A stretch of DNA of 63,877 bases, filler included, from Choristocarpus tenellus KU-1152 (GCA_964200185.2; 14 parts of 14 records of this genome joined end to end with filler, not necessarily neighbours in it); one strand, 5' to 3'; positions 50,501 through 63,877 are shown, numbered from the whole stretch's first letter. Notes: generated by a model from the letters alone, not told the origin. Numbers and translations are program-made.

Positions 50501-52414
50501 ACCGTTTTTTTTNNNNNNNNNNNNNNNNNNNNNNNNNNNNNNNNNNNNNNNNNNNNTTAATTAATTAANNNNNNNNNNNNNNNNNNNNNNNNNNNNNNNN
50601 NNNNNNNNNNNNCGCTAAAAACAGAAAAAATTGTGGGGGGGTTTTTAACCTTTTTTTAAAACCCCCCCCCCCCCCCCCCCCCCTGCATAAAGACACCCCA
50701 TGCAAGAAAATTCAATGTAAGCAGACATGGCAGGTCCCACAACACAACCAGCAGGCCCCACCAAAATTGAGACTCGAAAAGCTGTGCTCTCTCATTGTGC
50801 AAAAAACAAGACTCTGCTTCTCTTGACTCTGTTACAAAAATAAAAATGACTCAACTCTACATGCTTGAGAGGTGACACTGACCAAAACAAGGAAATATCG
50901 GCAACAATCATCAGGATTGAGAGGGTAGGACATACTGCACAGGAAGTGCATCCTATCGGAAAGATGAAACATAGAGGCCAACCCATTAGTGCACCTGGCG
51001 CGATACATGTTCCTTATCATATAGGGTTAGGGTTAGGGTTAGTGATACTCCAATCAATGCTATTACCAGACTTTCTTCACATCATCATTATATGTTAATC
51101 TTGGCATAACTAATAATGAGGAAAAAAATAAGATCACTTGGCTCTACTAGATGCCAGGGATGTCATGGTGAGCTTACCATGTACCTTCAATGACGTAACT
51201 CATACCGACATATCAACCAGCTGACCTCCACATTATACAACAGTAATATAATTTTTCAGGTAAATCAGCATTGTACCTTTCATAATTTAATTATGAAATA
51301 TTGTAATACGTTATTTCTGTAAGTAGTACTTCACTCCCAAGAGCTCTAAGGGATGAAACTTCAAAAGTGTGCAAGTACTTCTGGCATTCACTTTTCAAAT
51401 CGACCCTTGATATCTCTCATTTACCCACCTCCAAGTCACTAAAATTTGCATACCAAACAGAGACTCATTTATTTATCAACAACATTTTTTGAAATTTTAT
51501 TTTCTAGAATTTAACCAAACATGGATAAACAAACAAGATCCTATGAAATAATTAATACCACTCACTTCTGGTAAATAAAAACCCTAACCCTAACAAAGAT
51601 ATAGGCGTACCTTATCCCTAGAAGCAAAGCTGTTTGATAATTGAAACAAAACTTGAACAGAAAATCTAAGCATGATACACGCACGAGGAGGAAACGCCAG
51701 CCAGTAATTCACAATTCTTTCTTCTTCTTTTTTTTACCTTTTCCTACATGTGGGTCAACTTCATCCGGCGTATACTCTGTAACACATCACCCGATATGAC
51801 ACGAACAACATATCACCCAACTAAAAAATAAAAATAAAAATAAATCAAAACCTGAAATGTACACAAAGAGAGGCCTGCATTTATCTTTGGGTGTCCCACC
51901 TTGAGCGTAATAAATGTGCACTGAGTGTATTATGTTCCCTATTGCATTTCTCGTAGAAATCAAAAGCATAACAACGAACATATTTCTAATCCACACACCC
52001 CTACTCCCTGTTTTTAATATTCGTTGAGTTTATTACAAGAACATCATGTCGATATCAATAATCATCACAAACCACCGTTTCTATCCTTTCTGGTAGGGTT
52101 GCCTTTGAGCAGAGCACTGACATACTTTGAAAACTTGAAACAGCAACTCTTTGACAGGTATTCTCCGGAAGGTCAATAGAGACAAACTGGAGAATTGAAA
52201 ATAATATTTTACTCTTCTAAAGAATAATACGTAATCTGGAGCCTACACAAGAAAATACTGTCCAGGGTTCTCCGATGAAGGAAGGACATTTTCATTTCTG
52301 CCTCTCAAAACGCATGCTTTTAGAACAGCATGACAGTAACAACTATTTGTTCTCCTTTGCATACTACAGAGTTTCATTGGGCAAACTGAAAAATGTCTCT
52401 ACTTGACGTAACAT

Positions 52415-52603
52415 ACCTCCTTCTCCTCATGATCTGCAAGTTTTCGCCGACTCCTCTCCAATACCTTCACCATATCCCCCTCCCAATCTCCTTCCCCCTC
52501 CTCAACCTCCACCCCCTGCCCCACCCCAGACTGCAATCTCCGTCGATTTTCCCCTAACGTAGTTCTTGGTTTAGTCTTTGTTTCACCACCTGTCGCACCC
52601 CTC

Positions 52604-52658
<55 letters not shown>

Positions 52659-53964
52659 CTTGGGAAAAAAAATTTTTTTTCCCCTTGTGGCGGGGGGGGG
52701 GGCGCCCCACGCCCCCCCGATTTGCCTGTGCATCCTCTTTCTGGAGTATAAGATCTTCATACCTAAAAACCAAATGAGTTAACACACAGCGTCATGTGTA
52801 TGGACTAATAGATTTGCATAAACTGAGAGTGAGAAGAGACTTTCAATACAGAGGAAATAGTAGAACTGAGAGTTGATTGGCTAATAGAAGTTACCGATGT
52901 ACCATACTCAGCCAATCAGACAGATGCATTCAGCATGTAACCTCCACAATGCCACAGGAGTCAAACAAACTCCATCTGTCACATGTCTCATGCAAAGTGG
53001 ACTATTCACGATATATTTGAGGGTAAAGGGATGTTTGCACACGTGAAAGTCTAACAATATCCTGCAGAGAGCATATTTGTATATATGGATTGAGGTTTTG
53101 CACTAAAAGCTCCTTGCACTTATTCATGGCATACTAGGCACATAAACAAGGACTGCATGGTGTTTCTAGAGCAGATAGGGACTGCTTCTCCATTGGTACC
53201 TTTTCCTAGCCCTCTGCTCAACCCAACGATTTCAGTTATGAACATTACATTGTTGTATGGACAACACACACACACCTATTAATAGCAAGGATTATTATAG
53301 AGTACACTGAAAAACAGACACCCTTAAACATGTTAGCAACCCAAATCATACCCCAACCTCTTCAAAAAATTTCATACAAATCCTTTACAGATAATGTGAT
53401 ATCAAGTCTAGAACACATACAGAACAAGTAGTTTGTATACCCCTTCAAATGGAGCTCTTCCCATCATCCAACCCTAGCTCACTTGAAAATCTCCTATCTA
53501 TACAGGGTATAAAAAGATCAACCACCAGCAATTCAACTTGTCCATCCACCTCCCAATCCCTCCACAACCCCAACCCCCCAAACAAATCCTGCAAGAACAC
53601 TTATTAGCTAGAAACAATGTCGATCTTTATCACTTGGTGATACTACCATACATACTCTTACTCTTACAGAACAATAAAAACAGGATTCTTATCCTACCAT
53701 TTGTCGACAAAAACTCTTTTTTCTTGATAACAGAAACAACCCTAACCCTACCCGCAACCCATACATACACCAAACCTACCCCAACCCCCATCCCAACATT
53801 TAACCTTTTTTCTCAGTACAAGCCCATGCACAGTTGAACTCTTTTCTCAGGACAAGCCTCACCTCACCACCCAGACCTCCCCTCGCATCCTTGGCAATTG
53901 CTCCACGAAGACTTGTTGCCACATACTCATCCACTCCTCTAACCAAACCCCTAGCTCATACCCC
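52415..53964 (-). CDS. Probable exons of a spliced hypothetical gene
   Basis: AG/GT-bounded open segments GYELGVWLEEWMSMWQQVFVEQLPRMRGEVWV, DLFGGLGLWRDWEVDGQVELLVVDLF and ..DMVKVLERSRRKLADHEEKE. Poly-C tracts make the assembly unreliable here. Confidence 0.35.
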
Positions 53965-55387
53965 TTAATGTTCAACCCTTGGGATGCAAACTGTGTGCAT
54001 AGGGGGTGTCGAACCGTCAAAATGCTGGTAGATATGCCTGGGAAGAGGCCCTGCCTGGCCATCAACAGCATATCTGAGTCTTGTATCACAAGAACTGATG
54101 GTGTGGCCCCGTTGCCCTGTCAAAAGCATTTGCATAGGGTTGGGGTTACATGACAGGATCAGGGTCGGTGTTGGAACTGTGTACTGTTGTTGAGAACTGT
54201 AGTGACATGACGAAGGTAATCATTAGATTCAAATGGTTAATTTCTTGGGGGCCCCTGTTGTGCTCTGCATGACTCTGGTTTGTTCACATTAAGAAATGTA
54301 TTATTGGTTCTAATCAAGCACTCCATCAAAAAGGTCTTGAGTTGATTGTCTTTGTATACACTAACCAAACCCTTTGATTGATGACACCAATTACAGCAGG
54401 TCAAGCAGAGGGTCTGGGTTCATTAGGGTTAATGTACATTGTGAAGTTAGGGTTATTAGGATTTAGACCCTCAATTTTAGGGTTGGCATTGGAGTTGGGG
54501 CTATGATATGCAATTTAGGTGCGGGATTAGGTATGGACTCATAGTAGGAGCATTGACTCACATTATTCCTTAACTACAAAGTAGTGACTTGCAAGCATCG
54601 GCCAATGATACAATGATGGTATTTGCTATGCATTAGAAACTCGAAATATCTGAGTACCAGGTCTTGTCTGTACTAGGTTTAGTGACCGGGTTAGGGTTTA
54701 GTCCACGGTCTTTCAGAGGATTAGGAAAATCATCAATTAATGCTGTGAGGCAGACAAGGTACACCCATTGACCAAATAAGGTACTAACTACCTAAATGCC
54801 GTAAGTCTGCGCCGCGTTGTCCGTAACGTTTGAAAATCAAGAAATTCATATCTGAAAGATTTGGAATCCTTGACGAACTTCTGGTTAGGGTCAGCTCTTT
54901 TTATTGTTGTTATTACTCCCAATCCATCACAATTTTATCAGCCACAGAAAAAGCCTTCATGTCTACCTTTATGCTCACTATGGATGACCTATTATCGGAG
55001 TTGATACTACGTATTGCGACCATCTTGGTCGGTGTGAGCTCCAAAGGCTGTCCACTACGTGCCGCCACCCCTAGGTCAAGCTTGTGACCACGGGAGAGCT
55101 GATTGGCAACGTCTTCCCAGAGCCCTCACATGAAACACTCGGACACTCCAGAGCCCCCACTGCGAGGGTCGGTCCAACGTGTTGTGGCAGTTTATACTCA
55201 CCAGGGACCACCACGAGGGCGTGCTGCACTGCAAGCGCAACCCTGGTATTCAGGGACACTTGGGGGCACCCTTCCTACACGGGGGGGNNNNNNNNNNNNN
55301 NNNNNNNNNNNNNNNNNNNNNNNNNNNNNNNTTAATTAATTAANNNNNNNNNNNNNNNNNNNNNNNNNNNNNNNNNNNNNNNNNNNN

Positions 55388-55493
55388 ATGATAGCCCACC
55401 CCCCCCTGTGAACATTTCATCTACCTCTTCTTGGACATCACGAAGGGTACTTGCCAAATCCACAGTGTCATCGTTAAGTTCCATGTCCTCCAT
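55388..55493 (-). CDS. First exon of a gene divergent from the histone-fold gene (weak UBR7 N-terminus-like pattern)
   Basis: ATG at 55493 gives MEDMELNDDTVDLASTLRDVQEEVDEMFTGG, running off the scaffold. Confidence 0.35.
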
Positions 55494-55866
55494 ATTTACG
55501 CAACACCTTCCTTCCCTTCGCTGCCTTGCTGCAGCTGTGTTGGTGTGTGGAGTTGGGTGTTCAAATCATATGAAACGAGAAAAGAAAATACCCGATAATG
55601 GGGAGGCGTCTGTCTAGCAGAGGCATTGACATTTTCAACCAATCACATTGCACACTACGGGTTGGTCATGTCTTTACTTTGTTGCTCCAAAAAGGGAGTT
55701 TTTCTCCAGGTTTAGACTGGAGGAAGATCCTTGGTATAGTTACCTCCCAACCCTTGATATCAACGTGGGGCTTAATCGTGTGCTGAGATCTATACGGCTT
55801 AGCTTGTTCGAAGAAGCCTCAGTCAAGTTCCCACTTCAGCTTTCCATCTCAGATACGCCGCTAGGT

Positions 55867-57221
55867 ATGGACAACAGCCCAACCATCCCCTCTGGGGAAG
55901 ATGAGACGACAGCGCAGGTTTTGCCGGAAGAAGGAAGGACTGTTGAAGGATCAGGTCATGCAACCGATGGGGCAAGGGGGGTAGTAGGGGGGGCTGCGAA
56001 GGAAAGAGGAAGAGGCGAGGGGTCTGAGCCAAAATCAGCGAAGAAGGTGCAACGTGTCGCTCAGGTAATACCTCTTTGGTCTCTTATCTTGGGAGGGGTT
56101 GACGAAAGAAAATCTTAACAAAATATATTGATTTGATTTTGAAGGGAAGTTATTTACAAATGAGCGTGACCTTCTCTCCAGGCCTTGAAGAGAGAATCTG
56201 AATCCCATAACGATCATTTTGAACAGTAGGAGACATTTGATGCCACCTAACTTTATTTTCGCGGCAGCGGTGTAAACTACTAACCCTGCAAGTAATATAA
56301 GCTTCGGCCTTTATGTGGAGTAAATTTTTCAATGTCTCAGTCAAACGTCGTGGAGAGAAGAAGTGGTCATTCACCAGCAGTTCCCCGGTTTACTCTGTGC
56401 CTTTTATCGACCAACCCCTTAGTCTCACCCACATGTACAACCCCCGTCAAATATCAGAAGCGTGAGCAGGGTTTCCCTAAGGGGTGTGTTAAGCGCATCA
56501 TGAAATTAGGGGAGGACACACGAAATGTCTCAGGCGAGGCGCTTCTCCTCATCACTAAAGCTAGGTAAGCTGGAAACCCCTGTAGCCTCAACATACTCTT
56601 ACAAAAGATAGGTGATGGTCAAGTAGGGTGCATTGATAAGGGAAGGAGTAGGAACGAAAGCTAGGGAAGGAGGCCAGAATACTTTTTGGAGGGAACATTC
56701 TCACATACAGTGATGTTTTGGGAGCCAAAATGTTCGAGGACCTGTCGTCCATCTTTGGATTTGTCTTCTAGTTTTAGTGGTATCCAGAAATTGTAAAAAT
56801 ATCAAACATATGCATGCAAGACACTGTTGTAAATATCTTCATTGTAATTCATGATATTTCATTTTCCTCTTCAGCTCTGTAACTGGTATGCATATATATA
56901 TACTCCTCTGTACCTGTGAGTTGCGCGTGAGGTCCTCAATGACAAAGAAAAGTACCCCTCTTGTTCTATGTGGATCTTCTGCACATTAATCAACCCACCA
57001 AGTCCTGTTCATTCCTTGTGCCATATGATCACACCGTGCCACCTGTTCCCATGGGATCTTTTCCCAACAAAACTAGTGAACTATTTCTGGAGCGATTTGC
57101 AAAGGAAACATTCCGGCATGCCCATGAGGAAGGACGGAGAGCTATCAAGTATCAGGATGTTAGTGATGTGCGAGTGGCAGATCCTAACCTTATCTTCCTT
57201 GAAGCCGTTGTGCCACCTTGA
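55867..57221 (+). CDS. Histone-fold protein (H2A-like NF-YC/DPB3-POLE4/CHRAC1 family), 3 exons
   Basis: Exons 55867-56064, 56458-56564 and 57077-57221 splice to FPKGCVKRIMKLGEDTRNVSGEALLLITKASELFLERFAKETFRHAHEEGRRAIKYQDVSDVRVADPNLIFLEAVVPP*. Confidence 0.9.
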
Positions 57222-58420
57222 AGAAGATTAGCCTGACAGTGGTAATAGTGAGAAAGAGTGATAAGATTCTTGTATGTAGGGGTAGATTCTGACCTCGTAT
57301 GATGATGGTGTTGAAATAGTGTGGTATCACAAGGAGATATTAGAGCATGCTGCAGGTATAGAATGAAGACATTGATAGGGTGGAGTGGGAGCAAATTGGG
57401 ATTTTTTTTCTCTTTTGGAAGCATATGAAATATAGAATTATTGTTGAAGTAAACTGTGTCACACCTGTAACATCATGTGTCCAAAAATCATAAATTGTTG
57501 TCTGACATATTTTTTTGCACTGATATACCTGTCCAGTGAACAGACCAAGTATCTATATGGTTCAAATATAGGTAAGAGGTGCACCCCCCTCCCCTCCTTA
57601 CTCAACCTCCCCCTCAAAAAATGTCCTCAGTAGGGCTATGCACACACTACTGCCGGAAACGCCAAGGCTCGTTGAAGCAGTTATTTCATACCTTGGTATG
57701 GTAAAAAAAAATTTAACCATGGTATGGGACAGCTTCCCCTTTAATGTGTATGATACCGCACAAGTAATTTTTGAAAATGATGGCATGGTATGGTAAGGTC
57801 TACCATCGGTCAAATTATACAGCATGGTAATTTCGTCAACACCACGGTTTGCACATCAAGTCCACAATGTTTTCATACTTGGATAGTGCAGTACTGTAAC
57901 CCCACTGGTTTAATAGATTTGGGTGATGTTCATATAGATTATACCATGGTTGCAGAATTTTGTGCTCGAACTAGGTTAATGTAGCCTTGCCACCTCGTTC
58001 TTGGTCCAAAATTTGGTTATGTAGTGACCGGTTTATAGTTATATCATGCACGGTGACTGCTTCTTGGATATCGGACAGATGAAACAGGTTTCCAGCAATA
58101 TAAATCTGGCAGTATTGGCATTTGAGTCTATGAAATTCATGCATGGTAGAGACTCCTACCAACTGAATCGTAAGGAAGCGAATAATAGGAACTCAATTTG
58201 ATACAAATACAAACAAAAAATTACATACTTTATTGATGTTGAATCCTGTATTGGACAGTACATTACAGATTTATTCAGATTGTTCCACAATGTTTCTGCC
58301 ATTTCTGTGTTACCATATTGCAGTGGTAAGTATTAGATTTTAGACAGCAGGAACAGTTTAGTATTTCTGGCATTTGCACAGGTGTTACAGTATGGTTGTG
58401 ATGACTGTGGCTAGTTATCT

Positions 58421-58538
58421 TATGGTGTATCACAGTACTGTACAGTAATGATCATCTTGGTCAAAATCCCTATGGTGTATCACAGTATAGTACAGTGGTG
58501 ATTATAGTGGTCAGAATCCCTACAGTATATCACTGTAA
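58421..58538 (+). repeat. 50-bp tandem repeat, about 2.4 copies
   Basis: TATGGTGTATCACAGTA units at 58421 and 58471, degenerate at 58521. Confidence 0.75.
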
Positions 58539-59623
58539 ATTAAAACATCCAAATACACAGCTCATTACTGTGGTAATCATCGCAATGACAACCCTTGCAA
58601 ATTATAGTAGTGCATGTGTGACTGATGCACTGCTTAATCCCCCGGGAGCTCTATGCAACAAGCAAGGTAACATGAGGATGGTATATAAACTCAAAAGTAA
58701 TTTCACCGTATTGAAGGAGTACTCCACAATCCCCTCCGATCTCTACTACAGTCCTTTAGAACATGTTACTTCAAAGGTGTTACAACTTCTATATTGTCTC
58801 AGCTTCCAAGCCTGGTCTTCCCACTCACTCCTGGTCAAGTCCTCTGTACTTCCTTCCAGCAGGTCAGTTGTGCTATCACCTTGGCAACAGAACGAAGCGA
58901 ACATGGCCAAGTGTGGAAGGACTGTACCTGGACCAATTGGACAGACACAGGCTAGTACAAAGCATTACCTCTTATCATGTGCTGGGATTTTACTGCCTGA
59001 GGCATACCAAGATGAGATCCACATGCAAAATTTCCTCTGAACCTACGCAGTATGCACTATTTATTTGTGTCTACATGCAGGGAAAGGACAGCAATCCATA
59101 GTTCAAGTGCATCCTTGCCATAGAGTGTGAACTGTGTATGGAACTCAGTGAACTTGGTCATGATCACTTATCCCGTTTGGGAAAATGTTGGAATGCTGTA
59201 CTGTAACAAGTAGAACAGGTAATTCCTACAGGAGGGCAGCAATAGATTTAGACCACTACCATTAGCCAAATGGGCTGCAGACAGTTAGACCCTTTTAGGT
59301 AAAAACAGTGCCATTCTGATGAATCGAATGCCTATGAAGTTGCTCATTACTTAGCTTCTCTATATTGTGGTCAGAATATTGGCAGGAGAACAATGACTGT
59401 GATGCATTGATTTGAAAGGTCAAAGGTACATATCCGATAATAATAAAGATCCAATCCATCCACACACAATCACTCCACTGCTACTAAAATTGCATGTATT
59501 GAAGAAGAGGCTCACCTGGCCTATGCATATAGTGTAGAAAAAACCCCGTGATGTTAGTGATGAAAAGAGTCTAGGTCATACTGGCACAACGGAATATTGA
59601 GGACAACACACACATGGCATAAA

Positions 59624-61242
59624 TTACTTCCTACATGAAGCAAGCTCCTGACAAAGATATTGCTCAAATGAACCTGCTAGTGTCTCTGTAGCAAGCTTCT
59701 CTGCTACCTTGATGCTGCCTGTAATATATGCTGCCCTAGAAGTCAGCATTGCATCAGGATTATCCTCCATCAACATAGACTCGGCTTGCTCTTTCAAAGC
59801 AAATGGCACACCATTATCATCCAATGGTGAGTCCAAGTCTGGCCATGCGTGAAAAGCTTTGCGGTACAGCACCATGGCGTTGTTCATATTTCCCTCCTCC
59901 TCAGCCCGCTCCCCCGCTCGCAACTGCTCCACAGCTTGCTCCTCCCGCTTGCCTTTTGTAACTGCCAGTTTCATCAGGATATCTTCTTTTGCCATGTTTC
60001 CGCGTCTAGCAGCAAGGCGATCGTGCCAGGCAGTCAGTATGGTCCATACCTCTGATACAGTCAAGCCTTGAAGTAGAGTAGCCACACAGCGTAGTCGGCC
60101 AGCTAGGTCTGGATTCTTGAATGCTGAGTAGTGTACAACTGGTATTCCTGCTGCACTTGCCGCCATGGCTTGCTGGACAAACTTCAGGATCACATCTCCA
60201 CCGAACATGCCACAGCCCCAGTTGCCTGTGCTGATTCCAGGTTGCTTCTCGCTGTGTGTCTGTGCTGCAACTTTGTCTCCAGGTGAGCAGACACTATGTA
60301 CTGTGTCTTGTGGCAAGAATCCGAGATAGGCCTTGTCAGTGTCCCGCAATAAAGAGGCGGGGGCATACTGCACATGCCCACCTGGATTTACGATAGCATC
60401 GATGGCTATGATGTCGGGTGGTCGTTGACCCTTTTCCCAGTCTCTAACCTCGCCATTGAAGCGAAAGGTTGAAAGATAGCCTGTGTAAGTGGAAAACCGG
60501 TGGGCACCTGATATGACAATAGCTTCATTATCAGCGATGCGAGAGCCAGCCACTAGCATGGCAATGAAGAGCTCTGGCCTGATGGAGAAAAGGACCTCCT
60601 CCTGAGAACAAGGGCACACCATAAAATTGGAGGAAGACAGAAGTGGATGGATACATTGAGTGCTGAAGGCCAGCAGACGGCCAAATCCATCTGATGGTAT
60701 TTTAATAGATGCAGAAATTTGGGCAAATGCATGTCATCTGTCTTCGTCTCTACTGCCAAAAGATACATGTGTGACACGATTCAGGCAGACCTGGGTTGCT
60801 GAAGGGATGACACGCCCAATGTGAAGATCCCTATTGGCAAAATCCACATGCGCTAGTGCACGTGAGTCCTCTATTTTCTGTTCTTCCTTGATCATTATCT
60901 CCCCGAAGTATACGTGGTCGAGGTTCTGCCAGTCTGGGAGTTGTATCTGACCCTCAGACAGTGATGCTGCCTTCTTCCGTACACCGAATCGACGACTGAC
61001 CCTGAGCCCCCCTTGGGTCTTCTCAATCCCTTGAGTCGGGTCCGATTCTGAGTTCATCACAACCTGGTAGTAGGAGAGATGGCATTGTAACCTGGCAACT
61101 CCAACAGGATTGCTGTCGTCGCTGTATAGTCGCCCGAAGCTTGGATCACCGCAGCCGCAGCGTGGAGCCAGGCCATCAAAGAAGAGAAGAGCCATAATGC
61201 ACCTTACCTCCTGTGAGGTTAGTTCCACCCCCCCCCCAATAC
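59624..61242 (-). CDS. PARG: Poly(ADP-ribose) glycohydrolase, 5'-truncated; exons <=61242-60791 and 60601-59624
   Basis: HVDFAN..TQ|EEVLFSIRPEL, DNEAIVISGAHRFSTYTGY, IIAIDA, LLRDTDKAYLGF and STGNWGCGMFGGD..KF.QQ.MAAS. A 189-bp GT-AG intron spans 60790-60602. Confidence 0.93.
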
Positions 61243-61500
61243 NNNNNNNNNNNNNNNNNNNNNNNNNNNNNNNNNNNNNNNNNNNNTTAATTAATTAANN
61301 NNNNNNNNNNNNNNNNNNNNNNNNNNNNNNNNNNNNNNNNNNCACTCACCTCCACCTCCCCCTCCCCCTTGCCTATTTTTCCACTCCACCGCACCCCCCC
61401 TACCGGACTCACAGGTCAGACACCACGCGCTTTGTAATTCTGTGTGATAGTGGACCATTGGAGCTGCTCCGCTCTGTAGGTATCGAAGAAGGTACCATAC

Positions 61501-61613
61501 CTCGTCCATTGATTGGAGTTCTAACACTTCTCCTTCAAGTAACGCCCACGATGCGCACTCGTTCAGCAGATGACATCTTGCCTCGCTTTCAGAACCTCTT
61601 ACAGAATCATGAC
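61501..61613 (-). CDS. Probable internal exon of a hypothetical gene
   Basis: CAG|GT CAT..GAC GAG|GTATGG bounds the open segment HDSVRGSESEARCHLLNECASWALLEGEVLELQSMDE. Confidence 0.3.
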
Positions 61614-61711
61614 CTGTCGTGACCCATCCTATCGCTGCGAGGAGCTTAGTTGTTGAAGAACGTAACCTGTTTCATATTGAAGCTGTTGTGAGATTAGTTG
61701 GTCATGTTTCC

Positions 61712-61712
<1 letters not shown>

Positions 61713-61747
<35 letters not shown>
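61713..61747 (+). repeat. (GT)n microsatellite; others are (GT)n ~31095-31119 and (AT)n ~11426-11448
   Basis: Directly visible dinucleotide runs. Confidence 0.9.
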
Positions 61748-61749
<2 letters not shown>

Positions 61750-63748
61750 AACTAATGTGTGTGGTTTATGTATGCACTGCTGTCCGAAAAAAGAAAAGAT
61801 TATTGATCGATGCAGCACCCCTCAACTTTCGACAGACACAGACACACACACAGACACACACACACACACACATGTAAAAAAAAATCCACACATGGGCGGT
61901 TTCTTGCAATGCCTCACGCACCGCAGCTCGAGTGTTGTTGAATGCACGCCTTCCATTGAATCGAGGTCATCATAAGTTGAAGGTAGGCTTTGTTTTTTTA
62001 ATGTTTCCTCAATGGGGTCCGTTGGATCGGCAGCCCTACTACCAGTAACAGCCTAGTTGGTGTATTCCATTGGCACCATATTGCCACGGCTCCACCCACC
62101 CATGTGCCTGCTATATTTTTGGCTGGATTTCATACCCCCCTTCTTCAGTATTTTCAGCCTTCCTTCCCGCGCTGTTGCGCAGGAGGTTTCCAGTGTTTTA
62201 GTTAGTGTTTTGTTTTGGACGCCTTGTTTAGAGAGGCGGCAAATTGTTGAGGAAGAGAGAGGCAAAATATGAGATAAGAGCTTTATGCAAGTGTAGAGAG
62301 TGTGTGGTGTGACGAGTGCATGTAGTTGTTTCTCTTTTACCTTGTACCTGTCAATATCTGGTGCCAGTGTCAGTTTGTTAGTGGGTGGCATTTTTTTTTT
62401 TCAAGTACATGTTTTTTTTTTTTTGCGTGTTTTTGTGTTACGTTCAAAATTTAAAAACTTCTCTGGAAGAGTTTTTTGGGAGAGTTTTTTTTATTTTTCG
62501 TGGGGGCGAGTTGTAATGTTGTACTGTTAACCTTCTGAGATATAAACTTCTCCCCCTTTTGTGTCCCCCTATTTAATGCGACTGGTTAGGTTGGTCACAG
62601 TTTCCGATTTTTTTATTTACAACTCGCCGGTTGCCTTTTATTGTATTCTGGGCAGCTGTACTGTTGAGCTGAGCTGTATTTATGGGGAATTGAGTAGTGT
62701 GCAGTGGGATGATTGAAGGTCATTTGATAATGTTGTACATGTTACAATTTGGTTGAAAGGGGTTTCGGTTGGGTCAACGCTCCGGTCGAATAAGAGATGT
62801 GTAAGAGAAGCAGTAAGAGATAATTTTTAATGACTTGACATTCGACCGGTTGACTGTGATGGACATGGACCCGAGGTCAGTTCGTTTATTGATTTTGAAA
62901 GTCACATGTGGCTGGATGTGGGGGTTGAGGAATAGATGGTGTGCTCTGCTCCAGTGAGAAGATGTCCGGGTCCCCTGTCATATTGAAGCACAACACAAGG
63001 AGATAATGAAATACATACAAATACATACACGCATCAACTTTGACACGCAGAATCCCTTTGCTAAATTGCAAACATTTCCAACCTATCCTTACCCAACAAT
63101 ACACTGCACATGTCTTTTGCACTGACAGTGACATCAGGCCAACCATTGTGTCCACTAGTTGTATTTGTTACTTCATATCGGAGGCGTTATTTGTTCTGGT
63201 TATGAACAGCGGCAACAGTGATATCTGCTTGTGGAAGAAGATACCAGATAAAGATCTGCAACCCCCGCCCGCTGTCCTTTCATTATTTGAACACTGCACT
63301 GTCACGATGATTGATATTGTGGAGAATGGTTCTGTTTTCTTTTATTTGCTTGGCTCTTGATTGAGAGTGCTTCCCCACAAGCATTGGCTGAACGAGAAGT
63401 GAACTTGGCAGGCATGTTTACAAGAATTGTACGGACTGCGTTGTTGCTTGCAGGACGGATCGGACGGGGGTCTAGCTCCGTAACAAGGGTGCACTAAAAT
63501 GATTACATGGATGTAGAAACCCAGAGGTTGATCAGGTTCCTGTATTCTTTGAGATTCCAGGGGTCTGAGAACCAGAAGTACCTTTACAGACATATACCAT
63601 TAGAAATACCTATCGTTTTTGTGAGCGAAGGGGACCAAATATATATCACGCACAGGTGAGAGATGTATATATATATATTATTTGTGTGCGAGGTAATGTG
63701 GAGTGTACTCTGCTCTACGATAAGCGCATCAATCCAAACCTCAACCAG

Positions 63749-63877
63749 GGCTCAAAAGTATCTGGGGGGTTGGGGGTGGTGGCTGTCCATTCGGGGTGAT
63801 TTGGTTGCATGCATCGGATGGATAATGTAAGTTCACTTATCCTGGTCAGGGTCCAAATGGACACCCTGCTGTAGAGC
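63749..63877 (+). mobile_element. MITE family 2 copy running off the window end
   Basis: GGCTCAAAAGTATCT-G-tract-GGCTGTCCATT ... CCAAATGGACACCCTGCTGTAGA. Confidence 0.8.

Noticed and set aside
57631-57860. Possible hAT-like MITE (TAGGGCTATGCAC start, repeated ACCATGGT motifs)
   Set aside because: The right TIR is too degraded, with no TSD and no second copy in the window.
58495-59040. 181-aa ORF, and similar ORFs at 34750-35190 and 44261-44869
   Set aside because: No motifs or splice support. They lie in probable 3' UTR or intergenic DNA, or antisense to a decayed LINE.

Overview
This is not a continuous locus. It is 14 short eukaryotic scaffolds joined by artificial 100-bp linkers (44 N + TTAATTAATTAA + 44 N), so adjacency across linkers means nothing. 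The DNA looks like a repeat-rich eukaryote genome with GT-AG introns and scattered TTAGGG motifs. The retroelement fragments resemble those of brown algae or other stramenopiles, which is an inference only. Recognisable host genes: the last four exons of methylmalonate-semialdehyde dehydrogenase (ALDH6A1), a complete 3-exon histone-fold protein (NF-YC/DPB3/CHRAC1 type), and a 5'-truncated PARG with a non-canonical catalytic loop and a helical C-terminal extension. Several further spliced genes have no recognisable family. Mobile DNA is abundant: two related MITE families (family 1 with GAG..CTC ends and 4-bp TSDs, Sola2-like) that nest in each other, a Ty1/copia family with a solo LTR and a PPT-linked 3' LTR, decayed LINE, REL and mariner fragments, a tRNA-Asn-headed SINE-like element, and several satellites and hairpins. 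The best candidate for something undescribed is a set of CpG-rich scaffolds (23.5-33.6, 37.9-40.4 and 40.5-41.5 kb). They carry orphan reading frames, multi-exon in the first two, broken only by stops that are one C->T change from Gln/Arg codons, with no frameshift needed. Two of them have 210-304 bp tandem repeats upstream, suggesting large mobile elements under C->T-biased silencing. No CRISPR array, rRNA or prokaryotic operon is present. All calls were made by eye with no database searches.
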